A stretch of 64,000 bases of DNA, taken from Eledone cirrhosa. Its lineage: Eukaryota. Every line of letters begins with the position of its first letter. Positions within the stretch are counted from its first letter, which is position 1. Made by a program: the position numbers and the translations under genes. The stretch spans positions 32,488,001 through 32,552,000 of the forward strand of contig OZ024755.1 of the NCBI GenBank assembly GCA_964016885.1, read 5' to 3'. Below, piece by piece: positions 23,819 to 36,573 of this stretch. The notes below the pieces were generated by a model that saw only the letters and a program-made list of their open reading frames with translations, was not told the DNA's origin and made no database searches.

Positions 23819-26628
23819 CCCTTTACCATTTACATTACTCTATATTTACGATTAAATTTTCATGGTAAACATTTTTACCTCACTTAATTATCTCGCATAA
23901 TATCAAAGCTATGAGATTTTGATATTATTTATTTTGAGAACAATACCTTAGCATCAGTATGAGTGGCTGGTTGCAGCTTGATTGAACAGAAAGAATTGAG
24001 AGAATTCTGGTCACATATGACCGGTTTAAATGCTCTATATTTACTATCATATTTTCACGGTAAATGTTTTACCTCACATAATATCAAAGCTATGACATTT
24101 TGATATTATTTATTTTGAGAACAATACCTTAGCATCAGTATGAGTGGCTGGTTGCAGCTTGATTGAACAGAAAGAGGTGAGAGAATTCTGGTCACATATG
24201 ACCAGTTTAAATGCTCTATATTTACTATCATATTTTCACAGTAAAGGTTTTACCTCACATAATATCAAAGCTATGACATTTTGATATTATTTATTTTGAG
24301 AACAATACCTTAGCATCAGTATGAGTGGCTGGTTGCAGCTTGATTGAACAGAAAGAATTGAGAGAATTCTGGTCAAATATGACCAGTTTAAATGCTCTAT
24401 ATTTACTATCATATTTTCACGGTAAAGGTTTTACCTCACATAATATCAAAGCTATAACATTTTGATATTATTTATTTTGAGAACAATACCTTAGCATCAG
24501 TATGAGTGGCTGGTTGCAGCTTGATTGAACAGAAAGAATTGAGAGAATTCTGGTCAAATATGACCAGTTTAAATGCTCTATATTTACTATCATATTTTCA
24601 CGGTAAAGGTTTTACCTCACATAATATCAAAGCTATAACATTTTGATATTTATTTTGAGAACAATACCTTAGCATCAGTATGAGTGGCTGGTTGCAGCTT
24701 GATTGAACAGAAAGAGGTGAGAGAATTCTGATCAAATATGACCGGTTTAAATGCTCTATATTTACTATCATATTTTCACGGTAAAGGTTTTACCTCACAT
24801 AATATCAAAGCTATGACATTTTGATATTATTTATTTTGAGAACAATACCTTAGCATCAGTATGAGTGGCTGGTTGCAGCTTGATTGAACAGAAAGAGGTG
24901 AGAGAATTCTGGTCAAATATGACCGGTTTAAATGCTCTATATTTACTATCATATTTTCACGGTAAATGTTTTACCTCACATAATATCAAAGCTATGACAT
25001 TTTGATATTATTTATTTTGAGAACAATACCTTAGCATCAGTATGAGTGGCTGGTTGCAGCTTGATTGAACAGAAAGAATTGAGAGAATTCTGGTCAAATA
25101 TGACCGGTTTAAATGCTCTATATTTACTATCATATTTTCACGGTAAAGGTTTTACCTCACATAATATCAAAGCTATAACATTTTGATATTATTTATTTTG
25201 AGAACAATACCTTAGCATCAGTATGAGTGGCTGGTTGCAGCTTGATTGAACAGAAAGAGGTGAGAGAATTCTGGTCACATATGACCAGTTTAAATGCTCT
25301 ATATTTACTATCATATTTTCACAGTAAAGGTTTTACCTCACATAATATCAAAGCTATGACATTTTGATATTATTTATTTTGAGAACAATACCTTAGCATC
25401 AGTATGAGTGGCTGGTTGCAGCTTGATTGAACAGAAAGAATTGAGAGAATTCTGGTCAAATATGACCAGTTTAAATGCTCTATATTTACTATCATATTTT
25501 CACGGTAAAGGTTTTACCTCACATAATATCAAAGCTATAACATTTTGATATTATTTATTTTGAGAACAATACCTTAGCATCAGTATGAGTGGCTGGTTGC
25601 AGCTTGATTGAACAGAAAGAATTGAGAGAATTCTGGTCAAATATGACCAGTTTAAATGCTCTATATTTACTATCATATTTTCACGGTAAAGGTTTTACCT
25701 CACATAATATCAAAGCTATAACATTTTGATATTTATTTTGAGAACAATACCTTAGCATCAGTATGAGTGGCTGGTTGCAGCTTGATTGAACAGAAAGAGG
25801 TGAGAGAATTCTGATCAAATATGACCGGTTTAAATGCTCTATATTTACTATCATATTTTCACGGTAAAGGTTTTACCTCACATAATATCAAAGCTATGAC
25901 ATTTTGATATTATTTATTTTGAGAACAATACCTTAGCATCAGTATGAGTGGCTGGTTGCAGCTTGATTGAACAGAAAGAGGTGAGAGAATTCTGGTCAAA
26001 TATGACCGGTTTAAATGCTCTATATTTACTATCATATTTTCACGGTAAATGTTTTACCTCACATAATATCAAAGCTATGACATTTTGATATTATTTATTT
26101 TGAGAACAATACCTTAGCATCAGTATGAGTGGCTGGTTGCAGCTTGATTGAACAGAAAGAATTGAGAGAATTCTGGTCAAATATGACCGGTTTAAATGCT
26201 CTATATTTACTATCATATTTTCACGGTAAAGGTTTTACCTCACATAATATCAAAGCTATAACATTTTGATATTATTTATTTTGAGAACAATACCTTAGCA
26301 TCAGTATGAGTGGCTGGTTGCAGCTTGATTGAACAGAAAGAGGTGAGAGAATTCTGGTCAAATATGACCGGTTTAAATGCTCTATATTTACTATCATATT
26401 TTCACGGTAAATGTTTTACCTCACATAATATCAAAGCTATAACATTTTGATATTATTTATTTTGAGAACAATACCTTAGCATCAGTATGAGTGGCTGGTT
26501 GCAGCTTGATTGAACAGAAAGAGGTGAGAGAATTCTGGTCAAATATGACCGGTTTAAATGCTCTATATTTACTATCATATTTTCACGGTAAAGGTTTTAC
26601 CTCACATAATATCGAAACTATGAGATAT
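23819..26628 (+). repeat. 181-bp satellite (about 15.5 copies) made from nearly the whole MITE P interior
   Basis: Starts TTAA-CCCTTTACCATTT. The junction AAATGCT|CTATAT recurs at 24031, 24212, 24393 and onward to 26559. Confidence 0.96.
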
Positions 26629-26829
26629 TAAATGCCAAGTATAGTTTAAATAGCAGCCAACCAGGTATCTAGTATTTCTCATTTTACAGTCACTTCACCA
26701 TACTGATGTGTGTCTACCAGGCAGATTATGTTCAGATTATGTTTTTTGACTACATAAGCTGCAAAAATATTATTTTCAAAATGGATATGTTTCTATCAGA
26801 TACCTTTCTTTTATATGGTCCATTTCGAT

Positions 26830-26914
26830 ACACACATGTACATATACATATATATATATACACACACATGTACAGACATACAGACACACACACATATATA
26901 TATATATATATATT

Positions 26915-26972
<58 letters not shown>

Positions 26973-27054
26973 TTACATAACAACCATTTCTCTGCTAGTA
27001 TACATCTACACATATATATATGTACACCTGTACACACACAGACACACATTATAT

Positions 27055-27113
<59 letters not shown>

Positions 27114-27900
27114 TATATCACCATATATATATATATGTGTATATATATCACCATCATCATTATTTAACAACCATTTCTCTGCTAGTACACATGCATACAC
27201 ATCTTCACACACACACACACAACACATGTACACACATATATATAAATATATGTATATATATCACCATATATACATATACATACATACACATATATATATA
27301 TATGTGTATATATATAAATCACCATCATCATTATTTAACAACCATTTCTCTGCTAGTATACATGCATACACATCTTCACACACACACACACACACTCACA
27401 CATACACACACACATACACACACACACACACACACTTCATTTCTTTTCCTTCTCGAATACAATCTTATTTTGCCTCCATTGTTGTGAGTAAACCAAGTGA
27501 ATGTAATGGATGCATACTGAAAAGTGTTTATTAGGACTGAAAAGCATAAAGCCAAATTTTCGAAACACAATAAAATAATGCAAAGTACCCACACAGCTTC
27601 AAATTGTCAGCTGGATATATTTATTTTGACTGAGAGGAAACCAGAAGATTTTTTATTTACACAATTTAATCTGTTTTCTTTTGCTTCTTATGTTATGTAT
27701 GAAAGAACTAGGAATTATTTGGTTTTATCAAGATGATTATGTTACATAAAGATTTCCTCTCATTGTTCACTAGAAGATTTTTATATTCAAATAAGTCAAT
27801 CATTTTGAACAATAGATGATACTTAAATCATTGTGTAAAAATTAGAAAAGGAATATAGAGGATTCCTCTATGATAATGGATATCACAACTCACATCATAC

Positions 27901-27969
<69 letters not shown>

Positions 27970-28416
27970 CATATACACATATATATATACATATACACAT
28001 ATATATACACAGATATATACACATACACACGCACATATATATATATATAAACACAGAAATATATATATATACATATACACGTATATATACACATACACAC
28101 ATATATATATATACACACACACACACGTATATATATACACACACACATATATATATACACACACACACATATATATACACACACACATATATATATACAT
28201 ATATACACATATATATACATATATATATATACACGTTCATATACACAGAGATATACACATACATACACATACGCATATACACATACATATACATACATAT
28301 ACACACACACATATATATATATACACATACATATATACACACATACACCTCTAGGTGGGAGTTTGTGGATATGACACAAGCCTAAATCATCTTGATAAGT
28401 GCATGCATTTTTGTTG

Positions 28417-28449
<33 letters not shown>

Positions 28450-28719
28450 TGTGTACCTATGTTCGCGTGTGCACATGTATTTGTGTGTGTATGTGTGTAC
28501 CTCTGTGTGTGTGTGTATGTGTGTACCTCTGTGTGTCTGTGTTTGTGTATATATGTGTGTGTGTACCTCTGTGTGTCTGTGTGTGTGTGTGTGTGCTTGT
28601 GTATATATGTGTGCGTATGTGTGCACATGTATTTATGTGTGTGTGTGCACCTGTGTTTGTGAATGTGTCTCTGTGTGTGTATATATACGTGTATGTGTGT
28701 GTTTGTGTGTGCACTTGTA

Positions 28720-28750
<31 letters not shown>

Positions 28751-28770
28751 GCATGTATATGTGTGAGTGT
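26830..28770. repeat. Compound (TA)n/(CA)n/(TG)n microsatellite region with a unique spacer at about 27435-27895
   Basis: Direct reading; AACAACCATTTCTCTGCTAGTA occurs three times within 26975-27360. Confidence 0.95.
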
Positions 28771-28960
28771 GCTTATGCTTCTTAACGGTTGCTTTCCCTT
28801 TGCAAGTAAATGACAACTTGTGACAAAAATGTGACAAGTCTGTTAGTACAGTTTAGAGTTTAGCTAGTAACACTTTGTGTGACGGTGCATGGCTTAGTGG
28901 TCAGAGCATTGGGCTTGCATCCAGAACTAGTAGTAAAAATTTCTTCAATTACTGCAAGTA

Positions 28961-29342
28961 CAATTGCACCCCGCCCCCACCCCCCGGTATTCGCGGGGGT
29001 TATATTCTTAGAGCACCCCTAAAGAGTGAAAAACTCCGAATATTGGACACGGTCCATAAAAATGCCTGTAAACGTCAAAACATACCATAAAACATAGTAA
29101 AAAAAGAAGGAGTGTTTTATGCGAAGGGGTGTCTAATAAGCCAGAAATTATGGTATATTGTTATTAATAATTTAGCATTAAAAAGCGTGAAAAAATATAT
29201 ATTGCCATGAAAAAAGCCATAATAAAATTGCGGAAGATATTTACAATTCTGTGAATATGCAATGGTTTCCACAAACAATTATTAGTTAGGTTCTAAGGAA
29301 ATTCTGTGAATAACCGGGACTGTGAGTGCCAGGAGTAAATTG
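28961..29342. mobile_element. Degraded pogo/Tigger-like MITE
   Basis: TA-CAATTGCACCCC..CCCCGGTATTCGCGGGGG at one end and GTGAGTGCCAGGAGTAAATTG-TA at the other. Confidence 0.55.
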
Positions 29343-29624
29343 TATATTTTTTTCTTTTGCTAAGTTTGCTTTAATTACAATGAATGTGCTTTTAGTATTT
29401 CATCTTAATTATCATTAGGCCAAAGGGGAATTCATTTGCTTGCAATCTTCCAGTCACAAGGATAAATGATGATCAATTTCCACCATGAGACTGCTTCTAT
29501 TCTTTGATATTGTCACACCTGAAGATGATGCTTTACCTTTGTCTTTATAGTAAACTAAGTTTCTTATAATTGCTTATCCCCCTCCATACACATACACACC
29601 TGTATATCATGACTCATACACTGT

Positions 29625-29735
29625 TCACTTTCCTGACATTTGTACATTATTCTATGTACTATACATGCACCTTTGATGAGTTGTGCACCTGAACACTGTA
29701 CACAATAATTTCATCATTATTATCATTATTATAAT
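29625..29735 (+). mobile_element. Short retro-tail ending in (ATT)n, family unassigned; a second copy is at 33727-33825 (-)
   Basis: GACATTTGTACATTATTCTAT..CACCTGA.CACTGTACA..AATTTCAT is shared between the two loci. Confidence 0.6.
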
Positions 29736-29737
29736 TA

Positions 29738-30098
29738 GGGCGGTGGATTGGCAGTATTGGTAGAGTTCAAATCCCGCCGAGGTTAACTTTGCCTTTCATC
29801 CTTACAGGTTCAATAAAATAAAGTACCAGTAATGCACTGGGATAATTGCTGGCCTTGTGCCAAAAGTAGAAACAATTATTATTATTATAATTTAGTTCAG
29901 GGCGGTGATTTGGCAGTATCGGTAGAGGGTCGGACGCCATGCTTTGCAGCATAGTTACGTCCCTTTATGGTCTGAGTTCAAATCCCGTCGAGGTTAACTT
30001 TGCCTTTCATCTATACGGGGTCGATAAAATAAAGTACCAGTAATGCACTGAGATAATTGCTGGCCTTGTGCCAAAAAGTAGAAACAATTATTATTATA
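29738..30098 (+). mobile_element. Two tandem family C SINEs (the first internally deleted)
   Basis: Heads GGGCGGTG..TTGGCAGTAT at 29738 and 29900, each with an ATT tail. Confidence 0.88.
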
Positions 30099-30183
30099 AT
30101 TCTGTTTTTGTCACCACATTCAGGTCATTTTATAATTTACAATTTATCACCTACGTTTGATATATTACTGTTACACTTCTTAA

Positions 30184-30390
30184 CCCTTTAATGTTAAAAC
30201 CAGCCAAAACCAGCCAGAATTTTCCACCCTTTTCTGGTGAAACTGGCTGTAACTGGTCACTCAAACTGATGTTAAGGTATTGTTCTCAAAATAAATTCTT
30301 TCAAAATCTCATAGATTCGATATTATGTGAGATAAAGCATTTATCATGAAAATATAATAGTATATATAGAGTAATGTTAATGCTAATGGG
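30184..30390 (-). mobile_element. Family P MITE, unit-length copy
   Basis: TTAA-CCCTTT ... AATGCTAATGGG-TTAA. Confidence 0.85.
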
Positions 30391-30843
30391 TTAATACCAG
30401 AATACTTCCTAACAGCATATTCTATTTTATCAATAGTTATTTTAATGTTAGATTACATACTGTATTTTGGTATATATTAACATGACAATCAAGCTTTGAA
30501 CCGCCCCTTCACTTTATATACAGACAGTTAGAGAACAAAATGAGTGGGAATTTACAATTTAAATGGCAGTAAATCATCATACAACATCTCTGGCTGAATG
30601 TCTTGTTCTGATTGATTGCTTTATACACATGGTCTTACTCTAAGTTGTTCTCTGCTATATCTGCATATTGGATGTGTGAATGTATATATATATATATATA
30701 TATGCAATATATATATATATATAATATATATATATAGGTGTATATATATTTAATATATATATATATATATATATAATATATATATATATATATAATATCA
30801 TCATTTCATGATGATGATGAAAAATGAAATGATATGTATGTAT

Positions 30844-30874
<31 letters not shown>

Positions 30875-30966
30875 GATATATATATTTATATAATATATAT
30901 ATATAATATATATATATATTATTCAAAATATTAACAAATGAAAAATATTCTCATAATCAAAATATA

Positions 30967-31032
30967 TACTTTATTATATATATTTCAAAGGTACTGTGTT
31001 GTTTTTTCAGTACGTCCTCATCAGACAAAATA
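30967..31032 (-). ncRNA. Type I hammerhead motif, H1-related subfamily
   Basis: Minus strand reads UAUUUUGU-CUGAUGA-GGACGUACUG..CAGUACCUUU-GAAA-UAUAUAU-A-AUAAAGUA, with palindromic stem III AUAUAUAU. Confidence 0.7.
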
Positions 31033-31409
31033 TATGATTTGATATATGACATACTGCTACGGTCTTGATTATTCAATTCCAGTATTGGCAGATACCTTTT
31101 AAAATGTAGATACCTTTTAAAATGTAGATACCTTTTAAAATGATTAATCTGATTAATCATTTTTAAAAGGTAATATTTGAAGTTCTAGTTAAACTTTAAT
31201 TAGTTACCTACCTAGCTGTGTGTGCTTACACACTTTACAAATTATCCCCTGTGATTTTTGTTAGATATATCATCATCATCATCATCGTTTAACGTCCATC
31301 TTCCATGTTTGCATGCGTTTGGACGGGATGTCAATCTATTTCTAGTTGATATATATATATAAACTAGAAATTGATTGACATATATATATATATATATATC
31401 TAAAAAAAT

Positions 31410-31454
<45 letters not shown>

Positions 31455-31846
31455 CGAGGGCAATCCCAAAAGTAAGGTCTCCTTCCGATATTGCAACTTT
31501 TCCGTTAAAATCCTGTGGATGGTGCTTCGGGAAACCTCAGGAACCAAAATGCAGAGAGCATCCAGAGTGATCCGCCGATCTTTACGCATGTTTTCCTCGG
31601 AAGGAGACCTTACTTTTGGGATTGCCCTCTATATAATAACTGCGCGAAATTCACACTTGGCGGTAACGTTCAATGGGAGCCCCATTCTCAACGGCTGTCA
31701 AGCCAAGATTGAGCATCCCAGCGAAGCGTGCGCATGTTTGTTTGGGAGTGAAGGAAGCACCAATCACAACAGTGTTGCCAACAGCCGTACAAACAGTTTC
31801 TCTGCGTCCCCATCGCTTTGGAGACCTTACTTTTGGGATTACCCTC

Positions 31847-31847
<1 letters not shown>
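31455..31847 (-). mobile_element. Mariner remnant with three TIRs and transposase fragments
   Basis: TIR CGAGGGCAATCCCAAAAGTAAGGTCTCC at 31455, with inverted copies ending at about 31630 and 31847. The peptide DRRITLDALCILVPEVSRSTIHRILTEKLQYRK resembles the mariner HTH, and CEFRAVI resembles a mariner N-terminus. Confidence 0.85.
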
Positions 31848-31877
<30 letters not shown>

Positions 31878-31879
31878 TG

Positions 31880-32090
31880 TGAAGGCGTGTGGCCGAGTGG
31901 TTAGAGAATTGGATTCCTAACCGTGAGGTTGTAAGTTCAATTCCCGGACCGGGCGATGCGTTATGTCCTTGAGCAAGACATTTTATTTCACGTTGCTCCT
32001 TCTACCTGGAGTTGCGACCAATAGAGAGTATTAGCAATTGGAAAGACCAACGGAAACATTGTTTCCTCGGTCCGATTTGACAAAAGTCGA
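31880..32090 (+). mobile_element. SINE family A, best-preserved copy, between (TA)n tracts
   Basis: A-box TGGCCGAGTGG, B-box AGTTCAATTCC and a CORE-like 5' half. Confidence 0.85.
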
Positions 32091-32479
32091 TCGATCTTTT
32101 CTATATATATATATATATATATAATTATATATATATATACACACATACAATATTTCTCGAAATTGTTCTCTGCTATCTCTGTATATAATGTTTTTTTTTT
32201 AAGGATTTGGTGTCTATTTATAAACTCTGTTAACATGAGCACTGTAATATTGGAAGCTTGGCTACTAGAATTTAGATTTCAATGATACTTAGTACCCAAC
32301 AGGTATCATATACATTGTTATCAAGGGGATAACAATCTACAGCAAAATACCAGCTAATAGTTTATTGATTGGTTGACATTCTATTTAGTTTCATGTTTCA
32401 AACATACTTTCTACACCAGTTCAACAAAAACCTCAAATACCTCTCATACAACCCACTAATAAATTATAGATATTTCTTA

Positions 32480-32765
32480 AGGTAGTTGATTGACAGAATC
32501 GGTAGAGTGCCAGACAACATGCTTTTTGGCATAGAGTTACACCCTTTTATGATCTGAGTTTAAGTCCTGCTGAGGTTAGCTTTGCCTTTCATCTTTCGGA
32601 ATAGATAAAATAAAGTAGCAGTAATACACTGGTGGTGTTTCATTGACAATATTACTCTGTTTGGTATCATCTGTTTAGTACATATTGTTATTGGATTGGC
32701 AAAACCAGTAGAGCATCAGACACCATGCTTTGCAGCATAGAGTTATGACCCTTTATGTTCTGAAG
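32480..32765 (+). mobile_element. Degraded family C SINE copies
   Basis: Homology to the family C consensus seen in the window. Confidence 0.7.
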
Positions 32766-33324
32766 TTTGCATGGGTTAGACAGGCTGTCATGTCTGAGGC
32801 CAGACACATCAGATGACTACATCTTGTTCAAGGATGCATTGTGCTGGCCAGTCTGGTAATCAAACCCACGACATCACAGTCACCAAACAAACACCCTGCC
32901 ATGGTTTACACTTTCACTTCTCATCTGTATTATCCATGTTCTGTTACTACTGGAAGTTATCCAGTTCAAAAGACGTAAATTCTTGTACAGCATTTGCGTG
33001 ATTGTATTTTGAAATTTCTAATTTTAATATGTGTTTTATCAGTGATTCAATGTTTTATTGGCTAACTAGAGCAATTGACATATTTGATCTGGTTTCAGGC
33101 AATTAACCCCGGGATGATAATGAGAGCCAAATATTAAAAGCGTAATAAAGAGAATTTACAAAACATAAGCAATGAAGCAAAACTCATACAAAAAATACAT
33201 TTATTACTTTTGGCGAGAGGACATTGATCAAAGGTTTAGTTTGATATAAATGAAAGCAACAGTTTTCAGTTTTTTATAGAGCGTATTAAAAGTGAGGATA
33301 AAATGAGATGAATATTAATTTGTG

Positions 33325-33540
33325 ATTCAGGCACAAGGCCAGTAATTTGGTTCTCAATCAAATTGATCCCAGTACTTGACTGGTACTTTATTTCACCAAG
33401 CTTGGAAGGATGAAAGGTGAAGTCGACCTTGGTGGGATTTAACCCTGTCATACCCATGCTAGCATGGAAAACGATGATGATGATGATGATGATGAATGTA
33501 GAGAGCTGGAACAAATACCACAAAGCATTTTGTCTGATAC
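33325..33540 (-). mobile_element. Nin/Deu-like SINE interrupted by a short RTE-type tail (33443-33493, +)
   Basis: GAAGGATGAAAGGTGAAGTCGACCTTGGTGGGATTT, then CCCATGCTAGCATGGAA-(GAT)n, after which the SINE head resumes. Confidence 0.7.
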
Positions 33541-33544
33541 TTAA

Positions 33545-34132
33545 CCCTTTAGAATTTACATTACACTATATTTACTATTGTATGTATTTTCACAGTAAAG
33601 GCTTTACCTTACATAAATATCTCACATAACATTTACATTACTCTATATACACTATTGTATTTTCACAGTAGAAGCTTTACCTTACATAATATTAAATCTG
33701 AGCTTTTGATATTATTTATTTTGAGAATAATAATAATGAAATTATTATGTACAGTGCTCAGGTGTACTACAACTCATCAAAGGTGCATGTATAGTATATA
33801 GAATAATGTACAAATGTCATGAAAATCAGTATGAGTAGCTTGTTATGGCAGGTTTGAACAGAAAGAGGTGAGAGAATTCTGGCCAGATAAGGCCGGTTTG
33901 AACAGAAAGAGGTGAGAGAATTCTGGCCAGATATGGCTGGTTTGAACAGAACGAGGTGAGAGAATCCTGGCCAGATATGGCCGGTTTGAACAGAAAAAGG
34001 TGAGAGAATTCTGGCCAGATGCAGCCGGTTTGAACAGAAAGAGGTGAGAAGATTCTGGCCAGATGCAGCCGGTTTGAACAGAAAGAGGTGAGAAGATTCT
34101 GGCTAGATATGGCCAGTTTAAATACTAAAAGG
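33545..34132 (+). mobile_element. Family P MITE with a duplicated left module, a nested retro-tail and a 44-bp array of 6 copies (33851-34115)
   Basis: TTAA at both ends; unit GGTTTGAACAGAAAGAGGTGAGAGAATTCTGGCCAGATATGGCC. Confidence 0.9.
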
Positions 34133-34552
34133 TTAATTGCATTTGCCAATCTACCACATTTATTTGAGAGAAATATTAAACAGCCAAATCTATTTATCGC
34201 AGAAATATGTGTTATTTCTGAACATAGAAAACTTTTTATATGATGAATTTATCTACAATCAAAATAAAATATCACAAAACCATTTACTTATACCATTCTA
34301 AGTTGAATCTATAGGGTTTCTTATGTTACTTGCTTGCGGCTTGTGAATTCACTCAAGCTTCATTCTAGAAGTATCATTAACAAGTAAAAAATACAAACAA
34401 AAAAAAACCAAAAAACAAAAAAAAAAATGAGAAAAAAATTAAATAGAGTGATTTAGTAATTAATTACCTACTTTTCTAATTAATTATCAGTTGCAAATCT
34501 AGAGAAAATATCAGTAATTTCTTTTATAGATTACATTTCAGTTTCACATCTA

Positions 34553-34982
34553 ATAATTCTTTCTACCTTTGGCACAAGGCCAACAATTACACCAGTGCAT
34601 TACTGGTACTTTATTTTATCAACCCCGTAAGGATGAAAAGCAAAGCTAACCTCAACGGGATTCAAACTCAGAACATAATGGGCCATAACTCTATGCTGCA
34701 CAGCATGGTGTCTGACGCTCTACCAATATTGCCAATCCACCGCTTTACATAGTGGTAAAGGGCCATAACTCTATGCTGCAAAGCATGGTGTCTGACGCTC
34801 TACCGATACTGCCAATCTGCTGCCTTACATAGCAGTAAAGGGCCATAAATCTATGCTGCAATGCATGATGTCTGACACTCTACCGATACTGCCAATCCAC
34901 CGCCTTACATGGTGGTAAAGAGCCATAACTCTATGCTGCAAAGCATGGTGTCTGAGACTCCACCGATACTGCCAATCCACCT
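34553..34982 (-). mobile_element. Family C SINE with a tandemly repeated 80-bp head (4 copies)
   Basis: GGGCCATAACTCTATGCTGCA recurs at about 34680, 34760, 34840 and 34920. Confidence 0.88.
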
Positions 34983-35257
34983 AACGTTGAGCAAGGCCAG
35001 GAGACAAGATAAACTGTAGAGGGAAGGAGGTGAATATTGTGAGTTTCTTTTTCTGGAGGTGAAAGAATTTTTCTCAAAGGGCAATGGAAGTGTCTGAATC
35101 CAGTGGCAACTGAACCTGCAGAGTTAAATTGAAAATATCCACAGAATAGTAAACACACACACATCAAACACATGCTAACATAAGTACAAACTTAAACACA
35201 CACAACTGCAATTATATATGCAATCACACACACGATATATATATATATATATATATG

Positions 35258-35308
35258 AGTTTCAGAAGATCCTGTTATGGGTGAAAGCAGCAATTCTTTT
35301 CTTAAACT
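35258..35308 (+). ncRNA. Type I hammerhead-like motif, family H3 (CAGAAGA core variant)
   Basis: AGUUU-CAGAAGA-UCCU-GUUAU-GGGU-GAAA-GCAGCAAUUCUUUUC-UU-AAACU, between (TA)n tracts. Confidence 0.5.
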
Positions 35309-35341
35309 TTAATCTGTGATTTTAATAAATATATATATATA

Positions 35342-35545
35342 TTGCCAGTTGAAGGAAGACGTGGTAGAGGTAGACCACGAAAAACATGGGCGGAGGTGGT
35401 GAGAACAGACCTCAGATCATTGAAGCTCACGGTGGAGATGACGAGGGACCGTGACGAGTGGAGAGATGCTGTGCTGAATAAGACCCGTCCCACCCTTGCA
35501 AGCAGGGAAAAGCGGACGTAAAATGATGATGATGATGATGATGAT
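35342..35545 (+). pseudogene. RTE LINE 3' end, the likely partner of SINE B
   Basis: PVEGRRGRGRPRKTWAEVVRTDL..TRDRDEWRDAV. It ends CCCGTCCCACCCTTGCAAGCAGGGAAAAGCGGACGTAAAA(TGA)n, the same as SINE B. Confidence 0.9.
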
Positions 35546-36165
35546 AACTGAACAAAAAAGAAAAACGAACACAGACATCTACATATATGTGTTCAAATCA
35601 CAAGGGACCAGATTGAGTTTCTAACTCAATATATGCCTTTGATATATTCGGCTCCATTAATTCGTCGAGCTAATTGAAATGTCGAGTAAACCCGGCTGCT
35701 ATTTTTAGTGGTGTGAGTTTGTGAGACACGCTAAGTGCTGGCACCATGTGCGTTATATATACGCACACTATCCAGTTTTCTAATATACTTAGAAGTGACC
35801 AGGATATTAATAATTCTTCACCCGCTGATGAGCTAGAATTTTGGTATTCCTCTTCACAATTAATATTGCGAAACAGTATTATCAAAACTGTCTGGGTGAT
35901 TGGTAGTTACCACAAATCTGGTTTGTATTTATTTTCTTGATTTATTCTTAAATTGAGTCGAGCGAACCCTATTGTCTGTAGTTAGTATTCTATTCACCAT
36001 AGCGAATCTGGTCCCTTACGATTTGAACACATATTTGTATATGTCTGTGTTCGTTTTTCTTTTTTGTTCAGTTATATTATATGGCTCGGAAAAACCTCTT
36101 TCCTAGAGCTAATGTTATTGTAAGAAACTATTTTGAGTTTCTAACTCAATACATGCCTTTGGTAT
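35545..36165 (+). mobile_element. Family H4 PLE/retrozyme-like unit of about 520 bp with terminal direct repeat and inverted 5' piece
   Basis: GAGTTTCTAACTCAATA.ATGCCTTTG.TATAT at 35615 and 36135. 35545-35613 is the reverse complement of about 36005-36075. It ends in (TA)n. Confidence 0.75.
35818..35899 (+). ncRNA. Canonical type I hammerhead ribozyme motif (GUC site, predicted cleavage after 35892)
   Basis: UCACCCG-CUGAUGA-GC..GC-GAA-ACAGU-AUUAUCAAA-ACUGU-C-UGGGUGA, with a 7-bp stem I, a 5-bp stem III and all core residues present. Stem II is long and imperfect. Confidence 0.8.
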
Positions 36166-36187
36166 ATATATATATATATATATATAT

Positions 36188-36573
36188 AATCCAGGCCGAA
36201 ACAAATGAGATCGTGTAGGTGTCACGACAAAAAAACACACAGTCCACGCTGTAATGTGACCGTGTAGGCAACACGGTAAAAACGTCCCAGTCCCACACTG
36301 TAAATGTGGTTGGTGTTAGGAAGGGCATCCAGCTGTAGAAAACCTGCCAGACAGTCCACGCTATAATGTGGCCGTGTAGGCAACACGGCAAAAACGTCCC
36401 AGTCCCACACTGTAAATGTGGTTGGTGTTAGGAAGGGCATCCAACTGTAGAAAACCCACCAGACAGTCCTATGCAAGCAAGACAACCACTCTTGCCTCAA
36501 GTGGGAAAACTCCCGTCCAAACCCATGCAAGCATGGAACACGGACGTTAAACGATGATGATGATGATGATGAT
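36188..36573 (+). mobile_element. RTE/SINE-type 3' tail with internal duplications, within (TA)n
   Basis: AGGAAGGGCATCC domain twice and a (GAT)n tail; homologous to 48650-49010. Confidence 0.8.

Noticed and set aside
29515-29700. CTGAAGA and TTGATGA as possible hammerhead cores
   Set aside because: No correctly placed GAAA with pairing stems.
34985-35130. Possible CR1-like LINE fragment
   Set aside because: Too short and degenerate to assign.
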